From the NCBI GenBank assembly GCA_050329585.1, contig JBHJOR010000032.1:1228-65227 (forward strand): a stretch of 64,000 bases of DNA, in the 5' to 3' direction. The translations under genes were made by a program, and so were the position numbers. Position 1 is the first letter of the stretch. Every line of letters starts with the position of its first letter. Of the stretch, positions 11,827-20,892 are shown piece by piece. The notes beneath the pieces are model-generated. The model saw nothing but the letters and a program-made list of their open reading frames with translations, was not told the DNA's origin and ran no database searches. This stretch comes from Candidatus Methylacidiphilales bacterium. GTDB taxonomy: Bacteria > Verrucomicrobiota > Verrucomicrobiia > Methylacidiphilales > JBCBYL01.

Positions 11827-12342
11827 ATGAAACCCATTTTAATGATTGCCTCTTTATTTATAGCGTCCTCGCTTTCTGCTCAGGATCTCCGTATTGTGGT
11901 TTATAAGTCGGAACGACGGCTCGATGTCTATCAACATTCGACCCTGGTGCACCGTTTCCGTATCGGTCTGGGAAACACTCCCGTGGGTGATAAAGAGAAA
12001 GCGGGTGACGGCAAAACCCCGGAAGGCACCTTTTATGTTTGCGTTAAAAATCCCAAGAGTCGTTTTTATTTGTCGCTCGGTATCAGCTATCCAGACGCCG
12101 ATGATGCGGCCCGTGGATTAAGAGATCAATTGATAACCAGAGAAGACCATGATCGCATTGTGGAAGCGCAACGCAAAAAAGGAATTCCTCCATGGAACAC
12201 TGCGCTAGGAGGCGAGGTATTTATCCATGGGCGAGGGGCACATTCAGATTGGACACTGGGCTGTGTTGCACTGGAAGATGCAGATATGAAGATGCTTTAC
12301 GACCTGATTGAAGTCGGAACCCAAGTGGAAATAAAACCGTAG
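11827..12342 (+). CDS. L,D-transpeptidase (YkuD) family protein, secreted
   Basis: Signal peptide; catalytic FIHGRGAHSDWTLGCVAL (His...Gly-Cys) motif. Confidence 0.85.
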   Translation: MKPILMIASLFIASSLSAQDLRIVVYKSERRLDVYQHSTLVHRFRIGLGNTPVGDKEKAGDGKTPEGTFYVCVKNPKSRFYLSLGISYPDADDAARGLRDQLITREDHDRIVEAQRKKGIPPWNTALGGEVFIHGRGAHSDWTLGCVALEDADMKMLYDLIEVGTQVEIKP

Positions 12343-12344
12343 AA

Positions 12345-12845
12345 GTGGTTCCAAGCAGCGACTTGCACAGCCTTATTCATATGAATACTCCGATTGTTAC
12401 ACCGACCGTTTCAGACCAAATCATCGCTTTCGCCGACCTGCATGGTTTTCACCGTTGTATCTGCGCCCAACTCAACCCGGAAGAGACTTTCTCTTTTCTT
12501 TCAGAATATTACGCCGCTGTGCAGGCCGTCATGGAGGGTTCGGAAGGAAAGATTATTAAATGGATGGGTGATGCGGCTTTATTGAGTTTCCCGGCTTCTA
12601 GCCCCGACGGCGCGATCCATATACTTAGAACAATCAAATCTGAAACGGATTTATTTTTGGCTCGTAAGGGCCACAAGGCCTACATGTGCATCAAAGCACA
12701 TGTAGGCCTTGTGGCCATGGGATCACTTGGAAATGGGGAATGGGCGCGATTGGATATTTGCGGGTTAGCCGTGAACCAAACTGCTCTACTACCCCATGAG
12801 GAATGGGTCTTATCCGACGAACTCAAGAAAAAGATGGGATCATAA
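12345..12845 (+). CDS. Stand-alone class III nucleotidyl-cyclase-homology domain protein (minimal, possibly degenerate)
   Basis: IAFADLHGF and KWMGDAALLSF match the two metal-Asp motifs; GLAVNQTALL keeps Asn but lacks the usual Arg. GTG start 2 nt after the previous stop, or ATG at 12381. Confidence 0.6.
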   Translation: MVPSSDLHSLIHMNTPIVTPTVSDQIIAFADLHGFHRCICAQLNPEETFSFLSEYYAAVQAVMEGSEGKIIKWMGDAALLSFPASSPDGAIHILRTIKSETDLFLARKGHKAYMCIKAHVGLVAMGSLGNGEWARLDICGLAVNQTALLPHEEWVLSDELKKKMGS

Positions 12846-13043
12846 CTCCTTAGCACCCGTTCTGGCTCGATCGAGTGAAGTCAAAGGGATAATCGACAGC
12901 TGCACCGATGAATAATTGTAACTTAGTAGCCACACTTTCCACGTGTCAACCCTCCTGAAATCTGCCATAAAGATCCCGAATCGGGGCGGGATTGAATCAG
13001 GTAAATCAACTATAAATTTAACTTAATCAAAAGAACATCAACT

Positions 13044-13379
13044 ATGAATGGTTACTACGAACTGAAAACAACAGCGGCAGGCAAGTCCTTGTTTAACCTC
13101 AAGGCAGGGAATCATGAAGTCATTTTAACCAGCCAAAGCTACGAATCCAAAAAGGCAGCACAAGGTGGCATTGCATCGGTTCGCAAAAACGGACAAAACG
13201 AGAAGTTCTTTGAAAAAAAGAACTCCGTAAAAGGCGAACCCTACTTTGTACTGAAAGCCACTAACGGTCAGGTCATCGGCACCAGCGAGATGTATAAATC
13301 CGAATCGTCGCGTAATGGTGGTATCGCTTCGGTCATGCGCAATTGTGCCTCAGAAAAGGTCGTAGAGCCGAAAGCCTAA
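13044..13379 (+). CDS. YegP/UPF0339 family protein (two DUF1508 repeats)
   Basis: 111 aa with two repeats: YYELKTTAAGKSLFNLKAGNHEVILTSQSYESKKAAQGGIASV and YFVLKATNGQVIGTSEMYKSESSRNGGIASV. Confidence 0.85.
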   Translation: MNGYYELKTTAAGKSLFNLKAGNHEVILTSQSYESKKAAQGGIASVRKNGQNEKFFEKKNSVKGEPYFVLKATNGQVIGTSEMYKSESSRNGGIASVMRNCASEKVVEPKA

Positions 13380-13503
13380 AGAACTTTCAGTGCTTTAGGA
13401 GCGGATGAGTCAATGCATCCGACAGACTAAATCATGAGCATCGTGTCACCCTGCTTAACGATCTCATCGACTTCTGGCTTCGGGTTGTTGTAAGGTTTGA
13501 ATT

Positions 13504-13941
13504 ATGCTTAATGGCATTTCACACCTCATCAGCCCCGAACTGCTCGACGCCCTCCACCGCATGGGACACGGCGACGAAATCGTTCTGGCTGACGCTCATT
13601 TCCCGGGTGAAAGCTGCGGGCGACGCCTCATCCGCGCCGATGGTCATTCTATCGACATCCTTCTCGACGCCATCCTGCCGCTATTCCCACTTGATACCTA
13701 TGTCCACAGTCCTCTGGCGATGATGGCTGCTGTGGAGGGCGACTGTGCCGATCCGGAAGTTGAAGCACGCTACCGCCGGTCACTGAGCCGGGCGGGTGTG
13801 TCTGAGTCTCTGAACATCGAAAAAATCGAACGCTTTGCCTTTTATGAACGCGCACGACAAAGCTTCGCCGTAGTGATGACCGGAGAATTGGCCAAATATG
13901 GAAACCTCATTTTGGTTAAGGGCTGCGCAAACCCAGTTTAA
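13504..13941 (+). CDS. RbsD/FucU family sugar mutarotase
   Basis: 145 aa; [27 protein letters not shown] is typical of FucU/RbsD. Confidence 0.8.
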   Translation: MLNGISHLISPELLDALHRMGHGDEIVLADAHFPGESCGRRLIRADGHSIDILLDAILPLFPLDTYVHSPLAMMAAVEGDCADPEVEARYRRSLSRAGVSESLNIEKIERFAFYERARQSFAVVMTGELAKYGNLILVKGCANPV

Positions 13942-14019
13942 ATCAGGTCTTAATCGGTTCTAAGTCCATGCCATTATAAAAAGGATGAGGGGTCACGTAA
14001 AACGCGTACCTAGCCTTGA

Positions 14020-14037
14020 TCAAGTGCGCGCACTTGA
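14020..14037. terminator. 18-bp perfect palindrome between convergent fucU-like and mntR genes (possible bidirectional hairpin)
   Basis: TCAAGTGCGCGCACTTGA read directly; starts 2 nt after the mntR stop codon; no obvious U-tract. Confidence 0.3.
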
Positions 14038-14039
14038 AC

Positions 14040-14498
14040 TCAATCTTGAGGAGAGTTCTTCTTGGTTGAGAGAAATCTTTCGAATGCTTCCAACGTTTCC
14101 GGACTCACATGGTGTTCGATACCTTCGGCATCTGCCGCCGCCACCTCGGGAGAGATTCCCAAGGCGATGAGGAAGGCGATGACTTTTTCATGGCGGATCC
14201 GTGCCTGCGCGGCTTTTCGGCGGCCCTGCGGTGTTAGAAAAATAGAACGGTAAGGTTGGGTGGATACCAGACCTATTTTCTGAAGGCGCTGAATGGTGCG
14301 GATGACGGTTACATGGGTAACGCCAAAGTGTCTTGCCAGATCGGTGGCCCGGGCTTCTCCGGTGCTTTCGATCAGTCCGGCAATGGCCTCGACGTAATCC
14401 TGCGCCTTTTCTTCTGCATGTTGTTGGCGTGTTCTTTTCTGATGCAGAGCGGAAGAATCCACATCAGGTGCCCGGAGTTTACCTCGTGATAGAACCAT
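14040..14498 (-). CDS. mntR: DtxR/MntR-family metal-dependent transcriptional repressor
   Basis: QDYVEAIAGLIESTGEARATDLARHFGVTHVTVIRTIQRL (wHTH) and EGIEHHVSPETLEAFERF (metal/dimerisation domain). ATG at 14498 preferred over the TTG at 14531. Confidence 0.85.
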   Translation of the reverse strand: MVLSRGKLRAPDVDSSALHQKRTRQQHAEEKAQDYVEAIAGLIESTGEARATDLARHFGVTHVTVIRTIQRLQKIGLVSTQPYRSIFLTPQGRRKAAQARIRHEKVIAFLIALGISPEVAAADAEGIEHHVSPETLEAFERFLSTKKNSPQD

Positions 14499-14524
14499 TA
14501 CTAACAATGTAAAAATGATTCCAC

Positions 14525-14553
14525 TTGACAAGTACCTGTTTAATTTCTATCAC
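14525..14553 (+). promoter_or_regulatory. Candidate sigma70-type promoter for the metal-uptake operon
   Basis: TTGACA (14525-14530), 17-nt spacer, TATCAC (14548-14553), in the 140-bp mntR/ytgA divergent spacer. Confidence 0.35.
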
Positions 14554-14638
14554 GTAATCCAAATAGTAGCACAGGCTACAAATAATAATACGAATTACGG
14601 ATGTCTCATTTACTTAAACCAACCCGGAACTAAAAACG

Positions 14639-15574
14639 ATGATGAAAACACGACGTATTGGCACGGCTGTATGCCTTATGGCGGCACTAGGCCTAGGATT
14701 GATGATGATGCCCTGTAGCGCAGAACAAGAAGGTAAAAAAATACAGGTCGCAGCCACCCTGGGAATGGTTGCGGATTTGGTCAAATCAGTCGGGGGCGAC
14801 CGCGTGGTGGTTGATCAATTGATGGGGCCGGGCGTTGACCCTCACTTGTATAAACCCACGTCCTCTGATTCGATCCGGCTCGGCAAAGCGGATGTCATTT
14901 TCTACAGTGGCTTGATGCTCGAGGGGCGTATGGGAGATCTCTTTGCCAAGATGGCCCGGGGTGATAAAAAAGTTTATCCAATCACGGAATCGGTGCCGGA
15001 AAACTTGCTTTTAGAGCCGGAAGAATTTGAAGGACACTACGATCCACATCTCTGGTTGGATGTCAGCCTCTGGGCCGCAACGATTCCCACCATTGTCAAA
15101 GGATTGAGCGACGTGGATCCGGCAGGGACCTCTGTTTATGAACAAAACGGCGCGACTTTAACGAAGAAAATGGAAGCACTACATACTTGGTGTCAGCAGA
15201 AAGCGGCCGAACTTCCGGAGAATAAGCGTATCCTGATAACCAGCCACGACGCTTTTAATTACTTCGGGCGGGCCTATGGATTCAAGGTGGTTGCCTTGCA
15301 GGGGGTCTCCACGGTTTCCGAGGCCGGACTATCCGACATCGCCAGTTTGGTGGACTTCATCAAGAAGCAGGAGGTCAAAGCCATTTTTGTCGAAACCAGC
15401 GTCAATCCGGCTGCGATCCAGCGGGTCGCCAAGGATGCAGGGGTGTCCATCGGCGGCGAGCTGTTCTCCGATGCCATGGGCCATCCCGGGCAAATGCATG
15501 AAGGTTTCGATACCGGCACGTACGAAGGCATGGTGCGCTACAATCTAAACACCATCGTTAACGCTTTAAAGTAA
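14639..15574 (+). CDS. Metal (Mn/Zn/Fe) ABC transporter substrate-binding protein, TroA/ZnuA cluster-9 family
   Basis: Signal peptide; DPHLYKP, DPHLWLD and ITSHDAFNYF motifs typical of the family. Confidence 0.9.
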   Translation: MMKTRRIGTAVCLMAALGLGLMMMPCSAEQEGKKIQVAATLGMVADLVKSVGGDRVVVDQLMGPGVDPHLYKPTSSDSIRLGKADVIFYSGLMLEGRMGDLFAKMARGDKKVYPITESVPENLLLEPEEFEGHYDPHLWLDVSLWAATIPTIVKGLSDVDPAGTSVYEQNGATLTKKMEALHTWCQQKAAELPENKRILITSHDAFNYFGRAYGFKVVALQGVSTVSEAGLSDIASLVDFIKKQEVKAIFVETSVNPAAIQRVAKDAGVSIGGELFSDAMGHPGQMHEGFDTGTYEGMVRYNLNTIVNALK

Positions 15575-15628
15575 TCATCGGAAGACGGAAGGTATCGGAC
15601 ACTTTCTAAATGGATTCGATCCCGTTCC

Positions 15629-16423
15629 GTGCTATCAAGTCATGACATGAGCACTCAAAACGCGGCAACACCTCCGCCGTTGGAAGTTCACGACCTGACT
15701 GTCGCCTATCATAAAAAGCCGGTTCTTTACGGTATTGATCTGTCTGTTTCAGAAGGAAATCTGGTGGGCATCATCGGGCCCAACGGAGCGGGTAAATCAA
15801 CCCTCATCAAAGCGGTGATGGGTCTGCTGCCCGCGTCCAGCGGTTGGGTCAAGATTTTCGGGAAATCCTACAAAGAGAATTGCCATCGGGTGGGATACCT
15901 CCCCCAGCGCGAATCCGTGGACTGGGATTTCCCCGTCAACGTGATGGATGTCGTGCTGATGGGTCGCTATGGACACCTGCGACTGGCCCAACGTCCCACT
16001 AAAAACGATCGGGAAATCGCCCGCCAGTGCCTTGAAAAAGTGAAGATGCTGCCCTTTGCCAACCGTCAAATCGGGAACCTCTCCGGCGGGCAGCAGCAAC
16101 GTGTCTTCTTAGCCCGTGCTCTGGCCCAGGAAAGCGATCTCTATCTGATGGATGAACCCTTTGTCGGGGTAGATGCTGCCACCGAATCGGCCATCATCGA
16201 CATTCTTCGTGAATTAAGATCTCGTGGCAAGACGCTGCTGGTGGTTCATCACGATCTGCCCAGTGCCCGTGACTATTTTGACCAGTTGATACTTTTGAAT
16301 ATGCGACTGGTGGCCTACGGATCCACGCCCAAGGTGTTTACTCCGGAGTTACTGCAGACCACCTACGGTGGACGTCTCACCATTCTTTCAGAAGTGGTTC
16401 AGACTATTGGAGCGCAGCCATGA
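15629..16423 (+). CDS. Metal ABC transporter ATP-binding protein
   Basis: Walker A GPNGAGKST, signature LSGGQQQRV, Walker B LYLMDEP; overlaps the next gene by 4 nt. The start may be the ATG at 15647. Confidence 0.92.
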   Translation: MLSSHDMSTQNAATPPPLEVHDLTVAYHKKPVLYGIDLSVSEGNLVGIIGPNGAGKSTLIKAVMGLLPASSGWVKIFGKSYKENCHRVGYLPQRESVDWDFPVNVMDVVLMGRYGHLRLAQRPTKNDREIARQCLEKVKMLPFANRQIGNLSGGQQQRVFLARALAQESDLYLMDEPFVGVDAATESAIIDILRELRSRGKTLLVVHHDLPSARDYFDQLILLNMRLVAYGSTPKVFTPELLQTTYGGRLTILSEVVQTIGAQP

Positions 16424-17874
16424 GGTGGTATAGCTTTGCTGCGGGGTTCGTCCTGCTTTTACTGCTTCCCGAAGCGGCCCATGCGGCCCGCATTAATGAG
16501 TTATCCGACTCCACTCTGTGGGATCGGACTGTTCGCTTTTTCACCTTTCAAGATCCCTCGCTTCGTTTTGCATTATTAGGATCTATGCTGCTTGGCATCG
16601 CCTGCGGGCTAATGGGTGTATTTCTGGTGGTGAGAAAATTGTCCTTGATGGGCGATGCGTTATCGCATGCGGTTCTTCCCGGAGTGGCTCTCGGATTTCT
16701 TTGGAACATGAGCAAAGATCCTGTGGCTATTTTCCTGGGAGCAACGCTGGTCGGTCTTCTGGGGGCTGGAACGGTCCAACTCATCCGCAACACCACCCGG
16801 CACAAAGAAGATGCGGCACTGGGATTTGTGCTGGCCTCCTTTTTCGGAGTTGGCATCTGCCTCTTCACAATGATTCAAAACCTGCCCGGCGGGAACAAAA
16901 GCGGTCTGGATCAATTCATGTTTGGCCAGGCCGCTGCACTTGGTCAAAGCGAAGTGATCCTGCTAGGGGTGGTAGCGGCACTAGCTTTGGGTTCGATATT
17001 TATTTTTTACAAAGAGTATGGCATCACCAGTTTTGATTCCGGTTTTGCCCGTTCCTTGGGTATGCCGGTTCAACTCTTTCACTATAGCTTAATGCTCCTT
17101 TTGGCCTTTTCTATTGTGGCTTCACTACAAGCGGTTGGAGTGGTCTTAGTCTCAGCCATGCTGGTCATACCGGCAGCAGCGGCCTTTTTATTAACCGATC
17201 GGCTGGGATCCATGTTGCTGCTTTCCGCTTTATTTGGACTTTGCGCGGGTGCGATGGGGACTTTTTTTTCATTTGTGGGGAGGAATCTACCCACAGGCCC
17301 GTTCATGGTTCTGGCGGCGGGAACGGTCTTTGTATTGGCACTGTTCCTCGGGCCCAGACACGGTATTCTGGCCCGCTGGTGGCGGCAGCGATCCCGCTCG
17401 GCGCGCATCCAGCGGGAGAATACGCTAAAAGCTATTTACCATGTTCTGGAGGATGATCTCTTTCGCGGGGAACAAATCAGTCTCCGCGAGCTGGCGGAAC
17501 GCCGTCGGGAGACACTGGAAGATGCCCGACACCAAGTGGGAAAGATCTGCCGTCATGGCATGGCAACGCTGGTTGGAGATGCTGTAGCCTTTACTCCTGC
17601 GGGTTGGCAGCGGGCTTGTGAGATTGTTCGCAATCACCGCCTATGGGAACTCTACCTGACGCATGCCGCCCACATCGCAGCGGATCATGTTCACGAAGAC
17701 GCGGAAAAAATTGAACACATCCTCGGTGAGGACAGCGTTAGGCAGTTGGAAAAGCGCCTCAATTATGCGCGCAGAGACCCTCACGGTAAACTCATCCCCG
17801 GCCTTGAAGACATGAGCGGTGGCACGGGCCCTCTGACGACGCGGCGGACCACCGGATTTGGAGTTTCTTATTAA
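16420..17874 (+). CDS. ABC-3 metal permease fused to a C-terminal DtxR-like repressor (YtgC-YtgR-like)
   Basis: The first ~320 aa are a polytopic ABC-3 permease. The last ~160 aa read TLKAIYHVLEDD...ISLRELAERR...NHRLWELYLTHAAHIAADHVHEDAEKIEHILGEDSVRQLEKRL, i.e. wHTH plus DtxR metal-binding/dimerisation domain. Confidence 0.85.
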   Translation: MRWYSFAAGFVLLLLLPEAAHAARINELSDSTLWDRTVRFFTFQDPSLRFALLGSMLLGIACGLMGVFLVVRKLSLMGDALSHAVLPGVALGFLWNMSKDPVAIFLGATLVGLLGAGTVQLIRNTTRHKEDAALGFVLASFFGVGICLFTMIQNLPGGNKSGLDQFMFGQAAALGQSEVILLGVVAALALGSIFIFYKEYGITSFDSGFARSLGMPVQLFHYSLMLLLAFSIVASLQAVGVVLVSAMLVIPAAAAFLLTDRLGSMLLLSALFGLCAGAMGTFFSFVGRNLPTGPFMVLAAGTVFVLALFLGPRHGILARWWRQRSRSARIQRENTLKAIYHVLEDDLFRGEQISLRELAERRRETLEDARHQVGKICRHGMATLVGDAVAFTPAGWQRACEIVRNHRLWELYLTHAAHIAADHVHEDAEKIEHILGEDSVRQLEKRLNYARRDPHGKLIPGLEDMSGGTGPLTTRRTTGFGVSY

Positions 17875-17879
17875 TTCCT

Positions 17880-18857
17880 ATGTCATCCTTCATTCCCCCA
17901 TTTGATTGGCACGGCGTCTTGATCCAGCCGTGGGCGACTGATTATTCCATCACCCTCTGGATTGTGCTGATGGGTTTTTTTGTTACCACCGCGTGCGGGC
18001 TGGTGGGGAATTATCTCTTGCTACGTCGCATGGCTCTGGTGGGCGATGCCATAAGCCACAGCATTCTGCCGGGACTGGTCATATCGTTCATGATTTTCAA
18101 ACAAGCTACACTCTGGGTGGGTTTCGCCGGCGCCTTCGCGGCAGCCATTGTTACCGTTTTATTAATCGAATTCATTCACCGGCAATCACGGGTAAAGCCC
18201 GACGCTGCGATTTGTATCGCCTTTACCACGCTGTTTGCCTTGGGGGTCATCCTCATGAGTGCGATGGAAAGCAAGGGTGCTTTTCACATTGACTCGGATA
18301 GTATTTTGTATGGCGAAATTGCCTTTGTGCATCTGGAGCCTTTTGTGGTCTGGAATGAGTGGGCTCTCGGTCCCCCCTCCGTTCTGAGGATGGGGGCGAC
18401 TTGTCTGGTCTTGTTCACAGCCATCCTCCTTTTTTACAAAGAGTTACTGATCACTTCATTTGATGCGGATTTGTCCAAGTCTCTGGGAATGAGCACCGGG
18501 ATTTGGTATTACGGGTTAATGGGTGCTTTGTCTTTGGCCATTGTGTCAGCTTTTGAGGCCGTGGGTGCCATTCTGGCGGTGGCCATGCTGATCGTGCCAC
18601 CGATGTTTGCGGGTCAACTTTCCCAGCGACTGCCCGTTCGGTTGATGCTGACCGTTTTACATGCGGCTCTGGCCTCACTGATAGGTCTGCATCTTTCGGT
18701 ATGGCTCAAGTGTTCAACCGCTGGTGCGATGGTGGTCGCATCCGCTCTGCTGTTCTGTTTGGCGTGGATCCACTCCGGAATACGAACCATGATCTTCCGG
18801 TTCCACTCCAGAACCGAATTAAGTCCGGCACTCGAGCAGGGTGTTAAGGCGAACTGA
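17880..18857 (+). CDS. ABC-3 metal transporter permease (second permease)
   Basis: 325 aa polytopic; MALVGDAISHSILPG motif of the ABC-3 family. Confidence 0.9.
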   Translation: MSSFIPPFDWHGVLIQPWATDYSITLWIVLMGFFVTTACGLVGNYLLLRRMALVGDAISHSILPGLVISFMIFKQATLWVGFAGAFAAAIVTVLLIEFIHRQSRVKPDAAICIAFTTLFALGVILMSAMESKGAFHIDSDSILYGEIAFVHLEPFVVWNEWALGPPSVLRMGATCLVLFTAILLFYKELLITSFDADLSKSLGMSTGIWYYGLMGALSLAIVSAFEAVGAILAVAMLIVPPMFAGQLSQRLPVRLMLTVLHAALASLIGLHLSVWLKCSTAGAMVVASALLFCLAWIHSGIRTMIFRFHSRTELSPALEQGVKAN

Positions 18858-18866
18858 TGTGGAAGC

Positions 18867-19388
18867 TCAGGCTTTGGTTTCTCCACCAGCCTCTTCATGA
18901 ATAGACTGGGTGGCCTCTGCAAGACGAAGACGATCCATCTTCTCCATGGGAAGGCACATCAGGAGTTCCAACCGTCTCGACATCTCCGCCGCGACTTTGT
19001 TGAAAAGGATCCAACGAATCTTCTCATCGATTTCTTCATTCGCCGGATCCTTAAAACCCCAATGCGCCGCAATGGGTTGCCCAGGCCATACCGGACATGA
19101 CTCTTTGGCGCGATCACACACCGTGATAACAAAATCAAATTCCGTCCCCTTGAATTCGTCCCATGACTTGCTGCGCGCGCCCTGCGGATCCACTTTCATG
19201 TGCTCCAGAGCACGAAGTGCCAAAGGGTGGACTTCTCCCCGGGGGTGTGAGCCCGCACTAAAGGATTCAAAACGACCCAACCCAATCTTTTTCATTAAGA
19301 ATTCCGCCATGATACTACGTGCGGAATTTCCGGTGCAGAGAAAGAGAATTTTGTGTTTTTGAGTGGGGTTTTCAGAGGAGGTGCTCAT
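18867..19388 (-). CDS. arsC: Arsenate reductase, LMW-PTPase family (thioredoxin-coupled type)
   Basis: KILFLCTGNSARS P-loop (CX5R) plus a downstream Cys pair in TVCDRAKESCP. Confidence 0.85.
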   Translation of the reverse strand: MSTSSENPTQKHKILFLCTGNSARSIMAEFLMKKIGLGRFESFSAGSHPRGEVHPLALRALEHMKVDPQGARSKSWDEFKGTEFDFVITVCDRAKESCPVWPGQPIAAHWGFKDPANEEIDEKIRWILFNKVAAEMSRRLELLMCLPMEKMDRLRLAEATQSIHEEAGGETKA

Positions 19389-19603
19389 AATTAGTTATGG
19401 GTTGTTAGGTGATGACGCTAACACCAAACCTATAAAGTGACGTTCCAGTGAAGCCTCGTTTACAATTAGGTGCCATTACAACAATTTATATTATTTAGTG
19501 TAATATCCTTCTGAGTAACCTGAGTTCAATCGAGTATCCTCTATTCGACTCATGAGCACTCTTTTCAAAACAAAAACCTGGCGATAGGGTATTACCGTTT
19601 CCC

Positions 19604-20872
19604 ATGTCCCGCCCCATAGTTTCAACCCTTATCCTCTCCACGATGATGGCCCTCCTCTGCGCCGGGTCATGTTGGTGGGGTTGGCACGTTTCGTTATTCA
19701 AGTTTTGGGATCACGCCGCTCAGGACTGGGCGCAGAACCAATTTCAAACGGAGGCAATCGAGGAAACTCCCCTGGTTTATGTCAAGATAGGGGATATCGC
19801 AGATCAACCCTGGCCATGGCCCAGTTTGGATTATGCGATTCTGGCTCACTCGCTTTCACGGTTTCATCCCAAGGTGGTGGTTTTTGAAGTGCCTGTTCCC
19901 AAAGTGGAGCCCTCAACGACGGCCTACGACATCCAGCTTAAGAATCAGCTCAAACGATTGAACCTGCTGATTCTATCGGTTCCCGTTCGAACCACCGGCA
20001 TCACGCTCGGAGAAGAACTCTCTCCGCGACCTTTTGCCACGCTTCCAGAAAATCCATCGATACCTGCTTATGGATCAGGAATCTGGCCACTCAATGAAAT
20101 CCGTGAGGTATCGCGCCTGCACCTTCAGGCCTATCCTGCAGATCCCGACGGCTTGGTGCGTCGCATTCCCCTGATTATTAATTACCAAGGCCGCTCGACT
20201 GCCAGTCAGGTTCTGGCCGCCTATGCCGCCTATCGCGGGGCCGATATAGCGGCATCCGGCGTTGTTTTGGGTCAATCCATCCGGCTCAAAAACAAAGCGG
20301 GTGAATTTCTGGAATCGATTCCCGTCAATCATAACGGCGAATTGACTCTGAAGCTGCGCCGCGACTCCACGCATTTGAGGAAAGAGGTGGAATTTTACTC
20401 GGTCATTCTGGCGGCGGAGGAACAATACCATGCGGGCTCCCCTTCCTTTGACCTCGGCGTCCTCCGTCAAAGTCTGGTTTTAGTTGGCAGAGAAAATGCT
20501 TATTCTGTGGAAAGCCTGCCAACCCCAACCGGAACAATAACTCCGGCCCGATTACAACTCAATGCCCTTAGCAACTTGATTCAGCGCGATTATCTTCAAC
20601 CCATCACCCCGCTTGCCATGAGTCTCTTGCTACTCCTAAGCGCTTTCACCGGAATAGGATGCTCCCGGCTCCTGAATGCAGTCGGCGGGCTGATCGTCTT
20701 GCTGTTCGTAGGCGGCCTGCTGGTGGGAGGCTCCGTCGTTTTTTTTGTTCACTGGAATTTCTTAATCGACCCCTCCGCTCCTCTAGTATGCCTGGTGGTT
20801 TCATGGTGGATGGGTCGAACCCTGCTGCCATATTTCGAACTGGTCATCAGCCCTGAAGCAGATTCAATCTGA
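19604..20872 (+). CDS. CHASE2 sensor-domain membrane protein without an output domain
   Basis: N-terminal TM, ~300-aa periplasmic region (VYVKIGDIADQPWPWPSLDYAILAHSLSRFHPKVVVFEV, DPDGLVRRIPL) and a C-terminal cluster of TM helices, after which the protein ends. Confidence 0.7.
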   Translation: MSRPIVSTLILSTMMALLCAGSCWWGWHVSLFKFWDHAAQDWAQNQFQTEAIEETPLVYVKIGDIADQPWPWPSLDYAILAHSLSRFHPKVVVFEVPVPKVEPSTTAYDIQLKNQLKRLNLLILSVPVRTTGITLGEELSPRPFATLPENPSIPAYGSGIWPLNEIREVSRLHLQAYPADPDGLVRRIPLIINYQGRSTASQVLAAYAAYRGADIAASGVVLGQSIRLKNKAGEFLESIPVNHNGELTLKLRRDSTHLRKEVEFYSVILAAEEQYHAGSPSFDLGVLRQSLVLVGRENAYSVESLPTPTGTITPARLQLNALSNLIQRDYLQPITPLAMSLLLLLSAFTGIGCSRLLNAVGGLIVLLFVGGLLVGGSVVFFVHWNFLIDPSAPLVCLVVSWWMGRTLLPYFELVISPEADSI

Positions 20873-20892
20873 CTCTAGCCCGCTCCGATATC

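Noticed and set aside
14564-14581. Candidate MntR/YtgR operator TAGTAGCACAGGCTACAA
   Set aside because: Only a 5+5-bp inverted repeat (GTAGC-N4-GCTAC) is present. That is too short and too unlike known DtxR-family operators to call without a matrix or footprint.
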